A DNA stretch of 44,849 bases from a virus: the IMG/VR virus record IMGVR_UViG_3300048915_000091. One strand, written 5' to 3'. Position 1 is the stretch's first letter; each line of letters opens with the position of its first letter. Positions 34,817-43,421 of this stretch are shown here, one piece after another. Under the pieces are notes generated by a model. It was not told the DNA's origin. It saw nothing but the letters and a program-made list of their open reading frames with translations, and did not search any database. The translations under genes were made by a program, and so were the position numbers.

Positions 34817-35023
34817 TCAATTGCCCTTTCGCTGTACGGCGACGGCCCAAGTTCCGCGAAGCGTTTCGGGAACGTCCCCGCGAAACTCGAATTTCAACGT
34901 AACCGCTTCAACGTCGTACCCGTCGGGAACATTAGCGTCGGCGTCGGCATACATTGACATTCCTTCAAGAATGTTTCGCCCGAAATTCTCGCAAAAGTCG
35001 CGATCAACTTCAATCTTTGCCAT
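34817..35023 (-). CDS. Hypothetical protein (68 aa)
   Basis: Track ORF. GAAAGG SD. Its stop and the clamp ATG are 1 nt apart (TGAAATG). Confidence 0.45.
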   Translation of the reverse strand: MAKIEVDRDFCENFGRNILEGMSMYADADANVPDGYDVEAVTLKFEFRGDVPETLRGTWAVAVQRKGN

Positions 35024-35026
35024 TGT

Positions 35027-35239
35027 TCAGCCTTTCAGTTCGAAACATTCGCAACCGTATGCGATAACTCGCGCGGGCGGTCGCTGCCCGTTCAGTCGGC
35101 AGGCTTCCGACGGTTCGTCGAAGTTCCTGCAAAGGACGCAAGTTCGCGCCGTCTTGATTACATATCCGGCAAGACATTCGGCCATATAGCGCGAAAGGTC
35201 CGCTATCCCTTCAGGGCTGCGATTGCGCCAATCGGTCAA
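35027..35239 (-). CDS. Small Cys4 protein (70 aa)
   Basis: Track ORF. TTG start overlaps the helicase stop (TTGA). CVLCRNF-x8-CRLNG-x10-GCECF has the same spacing as the C-terminus of the nuclease at 36984..37886. Confidence 0.5.
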   Translation of the reverse strand: MTDWRNRSPEGIADLSRYMAECLAGYVIKTARTCVLCRNFDEPSEACRLNGQRPPARVIAYGCECFELKG

Positions 35240-36987
35240 AATTCATATCCTAACACTTGGGGATTTTTAGTGTTCAACCAAACCCGAATGCGGCGAGGCG
35301 TGCGAAGGTATCCGGCATTTGCGAGAATTTCGGCGTTGCTTTCCGGCGGTTCGACGGGCGCCCGTTGGCGAAACCAATCGCGACCCTTCTTCCTGGGGAA
35401 GCCGTCACCTTCGACCGTAATCCATTCGTAAAAGGTCCGAAGATCGGCGGTAAAGTACGAAACCTTAATTGACGCTCTGCCGGACGAACGCGACGTATGC
35501 GGCGAATACACGACGCGTAAAACGTCGAAGTATTCGACAACCGGCAAATCGGACCTAAGAAGTTCTTCGTTGCTGGAAGTGCCGTCGATATTCGGCCCTT
35601 CGTATTGAATGTCGAATGTTTCCCCACAAACAACGCATTCTTTGGCTGTAGTGTGAGCGTAGGCCCCGCAACCGGCTTGCTTGTCTATCATCTTGCCGAC
35701 TGAACAAATCTTAACAGGCGCATCGCCCGGCTTGCCGTTGCCTTTCGGTTTCGGGATTACCGGATCATTGATCGGCCCCAGGCGGCGCGTATTGCCAGCG
35801 AAGTCCAACACTAAGCAATGATGCTTAATGAATTCGAAACCGGGGATATACTGTTGCGGGTTCGTATAGTCGTACGGGCGCGTTCCTCGCCCTAGCATCT
35901 GAACCCATAGCCCGGTTGACATAGTTGGCCGAAGCATGGCGATTAGATCAATCGGGGGATGATCGAAGCCCGTCGTAAGAATGTCTTTGTTGACAATACA
36001 ACGCAACTCGCCGCGCTTGAACGCCGCAATAATTTCGTCGCGCTGCCCCTGGGGCATCTTTGAATGAACCGCAGCCGCCGGAACGCCGAAGGTCGACCGC
36101 AGCATTTCCGCGATGTGTTCGGCGTGTTCAATGCCGCTCGCGAAGATAAGCCAAGATCGCCGCTGCATTCCCTGTTGAACGACTTCGCAAAGGGCTTCGT
36201 ACGTAATGTCGTCTTTGTCGACGGCAGCTTGCAATGCGCCTTCGATAAAATCGCCAGTCGACGACATGCCGACGCCCGATACGTCAAGTTCGGTCGCCGT
36301 TTTCTTCGGGAAGATCGGGCAAAGGTAACCTTCGGCAATAAGGCGCGAGAAACCTTGAATATCGCAAAGGTTGTACGCAATGTCGGTAAATATCGGCCCG
36401 TTCGTTAAAAGCCCCATGCCTAGACGATAGATTGTCGCACTAAGTCCAATGATCTTCAGATAAGGATTGATCGCCTTTAGCTGAAGGATGAAGTCGCCGT
36501 AAGAACTATCCGCCGAAGGTCCAACTAGGTGCGCTTCGTCGATAATCATTAGATCGCGAAAGCCGAAGATCGAACGCCCGTCTTCGTCGACGCCGCGAAC
36601 CATCGATTTAACGCCGCCGAAGATGATCGGTTGTATGAAGTCCTTTTGCTTTAGCCCGGCGGAATAGATACCAAGCGGCGCATTCGGCCAAACCCTTTGA
36701 AGTTGCTTCGCGTTTTGTTCGATCAACTCTTTGACGTGAGTTGACATGATAACCCGCGTTTGGGGAAACACGTCGTACACTCGCCGAAGAAACTTCGCGA
36801 TAACGAACGACTTACCTGTTCCCGTCGGCAGGGCGATAAGCGGGTTCGCTTCGATCGGGCGCCCTTCGAAGTCGGTTCCGCCGTGTTCGTCGAAGTACCG
36901 AAAAAGCGTATCAACCGCTTCCTCTTGATACCATCGATCAAGCGACGGCCCGCCGTTGTGCCCGATTGTCGCGAACGGCGCGTTCAT
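35236..36987 (-). CDS. Superfamily 2 DEAD/DEAH-box helicase
   Basis: Track ORF 35236..37065. I prefer the ATG at 36987, which forms an ATGA overlap with the nuclease stop. The alternative is 37002. Motif I is LPTGTGKS, motif II is IIDEAHLVG and motif VI is QMLGRGTR. Confidence 0.85.
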   Translation of the reverse strand: MNAPFATIGHNGGPSLDRWYQEEAVDTLFRYFDEHGGTDFEGRPIEANPLIALPTGTGKSFVIAKFLRRVYDVFPQTRVIMSTHVKELIEQNAKQLQRVWPNAPLGIYSAGLKQKDFIQPIIFGGVKSMVRGVDEDGRSIFGFRDLMIIDEAHLVGPSADSSYGDFILQLKAINPYLKIIGLSATIYRLGMGLLTNGPIFTDIAYNLCDIQGFSRLIAEGYLCPIFPKKTATELDVSGVGMSSTGDFIEGALQAAVDKDDITYEALCEVVQQGMQRRSWLIFASGIEHAEHIAEMLRSTFGVPAAAVHSKMPQGQRDEIIAAFKRGELRCIVNKDILTTGFDHPPIDLIAMLRPTMSTGLWVQMLGRGTRPYDYTNPQQYIPGFEFIKHHCLVLDFAGNTRRLGPINDPVIPKPKGNGKPGDAPVKICSVGKMIDKQAGCGAYAHTTAKECVVCGETFDIQYEGPNIDGTSSNEELLRSDLPVVEYFDVLRVVYSPHTSRSSGRASIKVSYFTADLRTFYEWITVEGDGFPRKKGRDWFRQRAPVEPPESNAEILANAGYLRTPRRIRVWLNTKNPQVLGYEF

Positions 36988-37886
36988 ACAATCCGGCGCC
37001 ATTGTGGGCAGCCCTGGGGGACTAACTCGCGCTGAATGATGCCGTCGAAGATGCGACAATGCCACTCGCCCCCGTCGACGGGCGAAGCGTGTTCACAGCT
37101 TCGGCAATTGACTTCGGGCGCGGCCCCGTGATGGCATATCGGCGAATAGTGGCAAAGCTTGCATTCGCCGAACGCGGCGCTTTGCGCGATCTTCGCGGGC
37201 GGGATTTGGCTGAAGATCACGCGGCCCGCCTTTTCGTACAAGCGAACGCCGTGGTTGAAATCAAGTTGAATGATTTCGAAATAAAGTTCGTCGGTTTCCT
37301 TATTGACGGCACAATACAGCCCGTACGGCAAAGCGTACGCCTGCCCGTACGACGACATTTGCGAGAAATGCACCGGCTTCGACTTGCGCATACCTTCAGC
37401 CTTAGCCGTGTTGCGCGTCAATACTGGCCATTTCGAAGTGATCGGCCCTGCAAGCTTGGCGAATGACTTTTCGTTATGCGTTTTGAATTCGACAAGCAAC
37501 GGCCCCGGCAAGCCATAGCGCACGGGAGCAATTGCGATGCCGTCAAGGGAACCGCCATAATGCCCCATATGTCCGCTGATTTTGTATTGTTTGCCGTCGG
37601 CGTCGAACTCGAAAACTTCAAAGCCAATCCGACGAAGCCGCTTAATAAATTTCGGTTCTTCGTAATGACCGCGCTTAAACAGCCGGTGCTTTCGCCCGTC
37701 GTGCTTTTCCTGCCGAAGCCAACGAAAGCCCGCCCAAAGCTGCATTTCGCAAGGCTTGCCGATTTCGGAACCGCCAAGATGCCAGCGCGGCCCTTCTTCG
37801 TATTCGGCAACGCTATCGGCTTCGACTTCCGCGCTTATAGTCGCGGCGAGCCTTTCGCGTTCCGTTTGAAACGACAAGTCGAACAC
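36984..37886 (-). CDS. Cas4-like PD-(D/E)XK nuclease with Fe-S cysteines and an extra zinc ribbon
   Basis: I use the in-frame GTG at 37886, placed after AAAGGGGA, instead of the track start at 38399, which would run through the SSB gene. Motifs are GSLDG...LVEFKT (D..E.K), an N-terminal C, and CKLCHYSPIC (C-x2-C-x5-C). Confidence 0.75.
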   Translation of the reverse strand: MFDLSFQTERERLAATISAEVEADSVAEYEEGPRWHLGGSEIGKPCEMQLWAGFRWLRQEKHDGRKHRLFKRGHYEEPKFIKRLRRIGFEVFEFDADGKQYKISGHMGHYGGSLDGIAIAPVRYGLPGPLLVEFKTHNEKSFAKLAGPITSKWPVLTRNTAKAEGMRKSKPVHFSQMSSYGQAYALPYGLYCAVNKETDELYFEIIQLDFNHGVRLYEKAGRVIFSQIPPAKIAQSAAFGECKLCHYSPICHHGAAPEVNCRSCEHASPVDGGEWHCRIFDGIIQRELVPQGCPQWRRIV

Positions 37887-37971
37887 GTCAAATCCCCTTT
37901 GTCGGACTGTGCCAGTAAGGCGAACGGCAGTCGTACCCGTTCGATTACGTCGGGGGACGCCCGGCACGGCC

Positions 37972-38001
37972 CGACAAAGGGCAGGGACCGAAGCCCCTGC
38001 C
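37972..38001 (-). terminator. Hairpin/attenuator after the SSB gene
   Basis: On the minus strand, GGCAGGGGCTTCGGTCCCTGCC is followed by CTTTGTC. The U-tract is weak. Confidence 0.45.
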
Positions 38002-38010
38002 GATTGACGC

Positions 38011-38727
38011 TTAACGCTGGCCCCAACCGGGCGCCCCGCCGCCGGAACCCTGCGACCAAGCCTGTTGACCATTGCCGCCCGCTGCCGCGCCGCCGCCCTG
38101 GGCACCGGCCCCGCCGCCTTGCGCGCCCCAACCGCCGCCGGTTGTCTGCCCGCCCTGGGGCTGTTGTCCCGGCTGGCCCTGCGCAGCACCGGCGCCCGGC
38201 TGGAAACCGCCGCCCGGCTGACCCTGGGGCTGCTGGCCCTGGGGATTGCCGCTTGCGCCGCCAAAGCCTGCCGAACCGCCGCCAAAGCCGCCGCCCTGCT
38301 GCGCACCGGCACCGGCCTTGTTCGGTTCGTTGCCGTTGATATCGTAAAGCTTGCCGATCTTTGTACGGTTGGCGTTGCGTTCGTCGGGATCGGGGGCAAT
38401 GTCGACGACGAACGGCTTCCCGTGCAGTTCTTCGGTTGCCTGGAAGCGGAAGACGCCGATTACGTGACAATACGCCGAAAGCTGCCCGTTAGCGATACGA
38501 ACCGTGTCGGGGTTCTTGTTGTGAAGGTTCAGGCGGTCGATATGCTGAACGCCCTTCGCCGGACCATCGATCGCTTCAAGCGTAAGTGCGAGAAAACCGC
38601 CGGTTCCGTCCTTAGTCGGCTTCAGTTCGCTCCCCACAATAACGACGGGATGCTTGCCGACGGGCAGTTGCGAGCCGCCGCCGTACGACGGATCGATGCC
38701 GTTGCTATCAAACTGGAATGCAGGCAT
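38011..38727 (-). CDS. ssDNA-binding protein (DUF669-like) with about 100-aa Gly/Gln-rich tail
   Basis: Track ORF. Strong initiation region GAAAGGAAGTCAAATG. An OB-like N-terminal about 135 aa sits next to a Sak4-like ATPase, as in many phage recombination modules. Low-complexity GGGFGGG/QGQQPQG tail. Confidence 0.65.
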   Translation of the reverse strand: MPAFQFDSNGIDPSYGGGSQLPVGKHPVVIVGSELKPTKDGTGGFLALTLEAIDGPAKGVQHIDRLNLHNKNPDTVRIANGQLSAYCHVIGVFRFQATEELHGKPFVVDIAPDPDERNANRTKIGKLYDINGNEPNKAGAGAQQGGGFGGGSAGFGGASGNPQGQQPQGQPGGGFQPGAGAAQGQPGQQPQGGQTTGGGWGAQGGGAGAQGGGAAAGGNGQQAWSQGSGGGAPGWGQR

Positions 38728-38742
38728 TTGACTTCCTTTCGA

Positions 38743-39717
38743 TTATACGTCGCGATTGAAAAGATCGATTGCCCCGCCCGTCGCGACGTTTACGGCGTTG
38801 GCGATTTGGTTCCACGAATGCCCTGCGATCAAATTCGAAGGCGTACCCTGGGGAGCCGTTGGAAGCGGGATTTCGCCGGATATGCCGAAGCGGTTGCCTG
38901 CGACATACGACGGCTTGCGAACAACGCCCGCAACTCGCCCTTGGTTCATTGAAGTAGCCTGTTGAATTTGATCGCCCTTCGTAATGAACATTGGTTCATG
39001 AACAAACGCGATCATATCCGCCCATTGCGTCAACATTTCGCGTTTGCCGTAGTTCTTATTATTCTTCGGCGAATGCAAGAGCAAATCCCAAGCGTCATAT
39101 TCGCCGAACGCGGGATCGATCGCCTTCGACGCAAAAACATGCGCGGTGAAGATTACGTTAATGCCGCCGTAAAACGCTAGTTCGTCAAGTGCGGTCAACA
39201 GCTTGCCGAACTGTTCGTTCGCATAGCCGTACGCCTTGCCGTATCCTCCTAGCGCGCTTTCCATTGTAACGCCCTTGGGATTGCCCGGCTTGTAATCCTT
39301 GTCGCTCGCAATCGTCTTTTCGTGAATGCGCTGTTCGGTCGCCGTGGCGCTATCGAGTACGATCGATCGGAAGGGGAATTGCCCCGCCTGGGCACGGCGC
39401 TTGATATCGTCGACCGTCGCAAGCAATTCGTCGAACGTTTCGATTTGCTTCGTCTTCGGAACGACGATTGATCCATATCCCATTTCAAGAGGGATCAACA
39501 GGGCGCTCGGCGCCCCGCAAGCGAGCGTTGTCTTGCCGATCTTTTCAACGCCCGACACGACGATACGTGCGCCGACTTGCCGCGTTACGCTTTCGATCGT
39601 GTCAAGCGCGCTCTTGCCCGGCGCCTGGGGAGCGAAGCCGCCGAACGCTGCCGCGTTGTTTGTGGGCTGCCCGAAACCGGGATTGTTCGCGCCTAGGGCG
39701 TCGGCAAAAGCGTTCAT
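38743..39717 (-). CDS. Sak4-like RecA-fold AAA ATPase
   Basis: Track ORF 38743..39762. I prefer the ATG at 39717 (TAATG junction). Walker A is SGVEKIGKTT and Walker B-like is SIVLDSAT. Confidence 0.75.
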   Translation of the reverse strand: MNAFADALGANNPGFGQPTNNAAAFGGFAPQAPGKSALDTIESVTRQVGARIVVSGVEKIGKTTLACGAPSALLIPLEMGYGSIVVPKTKQIETFDELLATVDDIKRRAQAGQFPFRSIVLDSATATEQRIHEKTIASDKDYKPGNPKGVTMESALGGYGKAYGYANEQFGKLLTALDELAFYGGINVIFTAHVFASKAIDPAFGEYDAWDLLLHSPKNNKNYGKREMLTQWADMIAFVHEPMFITKGDQIQQATSMNQGRVAGVVRKPSYVAGNRFGISGEIPLPTAPQGTPSNLIAGHSWNQIANAVNVATGGAIDLFNRDV

Positions 39718-39959
39718 TAGTTCATTGCCTTTCGTGCAGCGGTGCAAGCTTCGCAGTTGCAACCTTCCTTCGGCGTCGGCTTTCCGAACAACAAATCGAA
39801 TAAATCGCCGCCTTCAAGATCGTCAAGCGAAACGATCACAACGCGCGGCGGTTTCGAACTTTCAATTTCGGCTAGTTCGTCGACGATAGGCTTTGCCTTC
39901 GCGTCGTATTCTTCCTGCAACGCGCGCAATTGCTCTTTCAGTTCCGTTTCACGGTCCAT
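39717..39959 (-). CDS. Hypothetical coiled-coil protein (80 aa)
   Basis: Internal ATG of track ORF 39717..40133, preceded by AAAGGAACCGGCACT, a variant of the start-associated sequence. MDRETELKEQLRALQEEYDAKAKP... Confidence 0.5.
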   Translation of the reverse strand: MDRETELKEQLRALQEEYDAKAKPIVDELAEIESSKPPRVVIVSLDDLEGGDLFDLLFGKPTPKEGCNCEACTAARKAMN

Positions 39960-40056
39960 AGTGCCGGTTCCTTTCAGGAAGTGCCGGGGCAGGTACGTTG
40001 CCCTTTTTGAATGCCCGTACCCTGCCCCGGCGCCCGTGGTGCGACCCGTCGGGCTA

Positions 40057-40680
40057 TCAGCGAAGCGCCGCCTTCGGTTCCTTGATTTCCAGCGACGGCG
40101 AACCGGGCGTAATTTCGAGGATTTCGTCGACAAGCTTCTTCACGGCGCTATGCGTTGGAAGCGAAGCGTCAAGCTTATTATATTCGGACTTGCTGAAGTC
40201 CGCCTTCCAAACGATAATACGTTCGACAAGGAACTTGCCTTCGTTGCCCAAGGCTTCGCACTTGTCTTCGACGGCTTCGATTGCTTCAACGTCGCCGCGA
40301 AGCTTATAGTTCAGCTTATGGCCAAGCTTCAGCATATAGCCGCCGCCTAGATCGTGATTGTTAACGCCTTCCTTCGGCGTCGGGAAGACGTACGCGCCGA
40401 CCGCCTTGCGAATTTCCATTTCGGAATTCTTGGCAGCTTCAAGCGTCGCTTTGGCGGCTTCCCAACGCTTCAAGAGCATATCGCGAGCGACTTCATTGAA
40501 CGGTGCGCCTTCGACAGCGCCGACGATAGTGCAACCTTCCGCGTGTTCGCAACACGAATTCGCAGGTTCGTTAAACGGCGTTTCGATCCGAAGAAAAGCA
40601 ACGTTGTTGCAGTTCGGCGCATCGCACATTGCGACCGACGGCGCCGACGGTTCGGCGGTTGCAGGGGTTCCCCATGCCAT
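40057..40680 (-). CDS. Hypothetical protein (207 aa), first gene of the leftward replication operon
   Basis: Track ORF. AAAGGAATTCAAATC upstream. Cys-rich N-terminus followed by a helical region. Family not recognised. Confidence 0.6.
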   Translation of the reverse strand: MAWGTPATAEPSAPSVAMCDAPNCNNVAFLRIETPFNEPANSCCEHAEGCTIVGAVEGAPFNEVARDMLLKRWEAAKATLEAAKNSEMEIRKAVGAYVFPTPKEGVNNHDLGGGYMLKLGHKLNYKLRGDVEAIEAVEDKCEALGNEGKFLVERIIVWKADFSKSEYNKLDASLPTHSAVKKLVDEILEITPGSPSLEIKEPKAALR

Positions 40681-40839
40681 GATTTGAATTCCTTTGCCCG
40701 GTTACGACTGTTGCGATCGATTAGGCGTCGACCGCCTGCCCTATGTGCCCCTGCCGTTATCCCCTGTCAACGATATTTTGCGGCTTGTGCAAAAAATTAT
40801 TCCCGGTACGGTGCGCGCAAACTAGCTGAAGGGCATTCA

Positions 40840-41049
40840 ATGACAACCCCTAGCGATAGCGTGCCGCTGCTAGAGCGGACGCTTTATCTTGTGAACAACG
40901 CGCCCCGATCGATCACGTTCGCCGAAATGGCGAGGCAAATCGACGTTTCGCCTTCATGGGTAAGCGCGTTCGCAAAAGACCTTATTCCCGACCCTGGCGT
41001 TCGGAAGGTTCAAGCGTTGCATGATTACCTTTCAGGGCTGCAAATCTAA
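40840..41049 (+). CDS. Small helix-turn-helix DNA-binding protein (69 aa)
   Basis: Internal ATG of track ORF 40354..41049. SITFAEMARQIDVSPSWVSAFAKD is a plausible HTH. TAATG junction with the primase gene. Confidence 0.55.
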   Translation: MTTPSDSVPLLERTLYLVNNAPRSITFAEMARQIDVSPSWVSAFAKDLIPDPGVRKVQALHDYLSGLQI

Positions 41050-43421
41050 TGGCGTTCGATGCAATCCCTTCCGAAATGCGCTTTTACCGCCAATGGATCG
41101 TGTGGCGGCTGGAAGATCAAGGCGGGCCGAAACCGACGAAGGTTCCGTACTCACCTATCGTCGCTGGCGCTAAGGCTGCCGTCGACAAGGCGTCGACCTG
41201 GGGCACGTTTGAAGACGCCTTGCGCGCGTTCGATAGCGGCGCCTTTAGCGGTATCGGCTTCGTCCTTACCGACGATGATCCTTACGTTTTTATCGACCTT
41301 GACGACCCCAAGGGCGACGACGAAATCTTTCAACGTCAACAGCGCATCTTTCACGAAATCCAATCGTACGCCGAACGCTCGCCATCGGGCACCGGCTTGC
41401 ACATCATTGGCAAGGGCAGCATTCCGCGCGGTCGCAAGCGGGCGCAAATCGAAATCTATTCAAACCTTCGCTTCATGACCATGACCGGCGACGTTTATCG
41501 CGACGCGCCGATTATCGAATGCCAAGATGCGGCAATGTTGCTTTGGCATCAAATGGGCGGACCGGCTTCGATCCACCAATACGGCGGCAACGCCGAACAG
41601 AAAGAAGACGACGCAAGCGTTATCGGTAAGGCGCTGTCTGCCCTGAACGGCGACAAGTTCCGCGCGCTGTACGAAGGCGATTGGGAAAGCCTTTACGCCT
41701 CGCAATCTGAAGCCGATTTCGCGCTTGTCGATATCGTCGCGTTTTATACGCAAAACCGCGATCAAATCGCACGCATCTTCCGCGCGTCGAAGCTTGGCGA
41801 GCGCGACAAAGCGAAGCGCGACGATTACGTTTCGTACATGGTGAACAAGTCGTTCGATCGGCAGTTGCCCGAAATCGATATCGAAGGGCTAAAGGTCCAG
41901 TTCGACGACCTTTTGCAGCCGGAAGAACAGATTGAATTGCCGGGGTTCCTGAACGGTAACGGGGCGGTGGAAGGACCAACCGCCCCGACCGATGCGGAAC
42001 CGGGCAGGACCGCGCTTCAGGCGACGCCACAAGTCGCACAAGGCCCTGAAGGCGTCAACCCGTCCGACATAATTTTACCCCCAGGCTTGCTAGGGGAAGT
42101 CGCGAACTTCATTTACGAAGCCGCGCCGCGTCCAGTGCGTGAAATTGCCCTAGTCGGCGCGATCGGCCTTGTTGCCGGTATTGTGGGCAAGGCGTTCAAC
42201 ATATCAGCAACCGGCCTGAATATGTACGTCCTTTGCCTCGCCCCAACGGGCACGGGTAAAGAAGCCATCAACGCGGGCGTATCGAAGTTGATTAGCGCGT
42301 GTCTGCCGACGTGCCCCGTAATTGCCGATTTCGTCGGACCGGGCGAAACACGATCGGACGCGGCGCTTATCAAATGGCTCGCCCGTCAACCTTGCGTGTT
42401 CAGCGTACAAGGCGAATGGGGAATGCGTCTAAAACAGATGGCAAGCCCGTTCGCGAACTCGAACGAAATCGGCGTTAAGAAGGTCGTAATGGACCTGTTT
42501 AACAAGTCCGGTCACGGCAACATCCTAAACCCGATGGCGTATTCGGATAAGGATAAGAACACGCCGCCGATCGCCGCCCCTTCATTTACCCTAATCGGCG
42601 AAAGCACGCCCGAAAAGTTTTACGAAGCCCTTGACGAAGGCATGATTGCCGACGGCTTCCTTCCTCGCTTCCTAACGATCGAATATCAGGGCAAGCGGCC
42701 CGCTATGTCCAAAAGCGCGGCATATGCGAAACCGTCGTTCGCCCTAATCGATATGGTCACCGAACTAACCGCGCACGTCAAACAGGTTATGTCATCGGGC
42801 GGCGTCGTTCAGGTGCGAGCCGATCCATACGCCGAAAAGCTGCTAGACGACTTCGACAAGTTTGCAGATGCCCACATTAACGACGGTCAAGCAAACGAAG
42901 TCGTTCGGCATATGTGGAACCGTGCGCACGTCAAGGCGCTGAAGCTTGCCGCCCTGGTCGCCGTTGGCCAGTACCCGTACGATCCCTGCATTGATATCGA
43001 CGCGGCCCGTTGGGCTTGCGATCTTGTCGCTCGCGATATCGTGTCTGTCATCAACCGCTTTCAAACCGGCGACATTGGCGCTGGCGTCATGGGCACGACC
43101 GAAGCGAAGCAAGTCGCGGATATGGTTCGCGCAATCTCGCGTTGGGCGAAGGACGAAACCGGGCAGGAAGCGGCTAAGTACGGCATACCGGGCAATATGC
43201 ACGCGGCAGGCGTATTCCCGTTGTCGGCGCTAACGCAAAGGCTCTTTCAGCTTGCGTCGTATCGCAACGATAAGGTCGGCGCGACAAATGCGATCAAGCG
43301 CGCATTGCAGCATTTGTTAGATGCCGATGATCTTCGCGAGTTGCCGCGTAAGCAAATGCAAGACACATTCGGAACCGCCGCACGCGCATTCGTAATATCG
43401 AAACCGCAGAATTTTGTATAG
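41049..43421 (+). CDS. Primase-polymerase (AEP) fused to PriCT-like and DUF3987-type helicase/NTPase domains
   Basis: Track ORF of 790 aa. AEP motifs are FIDLDDP and SPSGTGLHI. QSEADFALVDIVAFYT is PriCT-like. Walker A is APTGTGKEA. Confidence 0.85.
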   Translation: MAFDAIPSEMRFYRQWIVWRLEDQGGPKPTKVPYSPIVAGAKAAVDKASTWGTFEDALRAFDSGAFSGIGFVLTDDDPYVFIDLDDPKGDDEIFQRQQRIFHEIQSYAERSPSGTGLHIIGKGSIPRGRKRAQIEIYSNLRFMTMTGDVYRDAPIIECQDAAMLLWHQMGGPASIHQYGGNAEQKEDDASVIGKALSALNGDKFRALYEGDWESLYASQSEADFALVDIVAFYTQNRDQIARIFRASKLGERDKAKRDDYVSYMVNKSFDRQLPEIDIEGLKVQFDDLLQPEEQIELPGFLNGNGAVEGPTAPTDAEPGRTALQATPQVAQGPEGVNPSDIILPPGLLGEVANFIYEAAPRPVREIALVGAIGLVAGIVGKAFNISATGLNMYVLCLAPTGTGKEAINAGVSKLISACLPTCPVIADFVGPGETRSDAALIKWLARQPCVFSVQGEWGMRLKQMASPFANSNEIGVKKVVMDLFNKSGHGNILNPMAYSDKDKNTPPIAAPSFTLIGESTPEKFYEALDEGMIADGFLPRFLTIEYQGKRPAMSKSAAYAKPSFALIDMVTELTAHVKQVMSSGGVVQVRADPYAEKLLDDFDKFADAHINDGQANEVVRHMWNRAHVKALKLAALVAVGQYPYDPCIDIDAARWACDLVARDIVSVINRFQTGDIGAGVMGTTEAKQVADMVRAISRWAKDETGQEAAKYGIPGNMHAAGVFPLSALTQRLFQLASYRNDKVGATNAIKRALQHLLDADDLRELPRKQMQDTFGTAARAFVISKPQNFV

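Noticed and set aside
36984-38399. Full 471-aa version of the nuclease ORF, and the overlapping ORFs 37835..38470 (-) and 38065..38952 (+).
   Set aside because: The upstream 170 codons run through the Gly/Gln-rich SSB tail in another frame and encode Arg/Ala/Pro repeats. An SD-led GTG at 37886, after the SSB stop and a hairpin, gives a normal Cas4-like protein.
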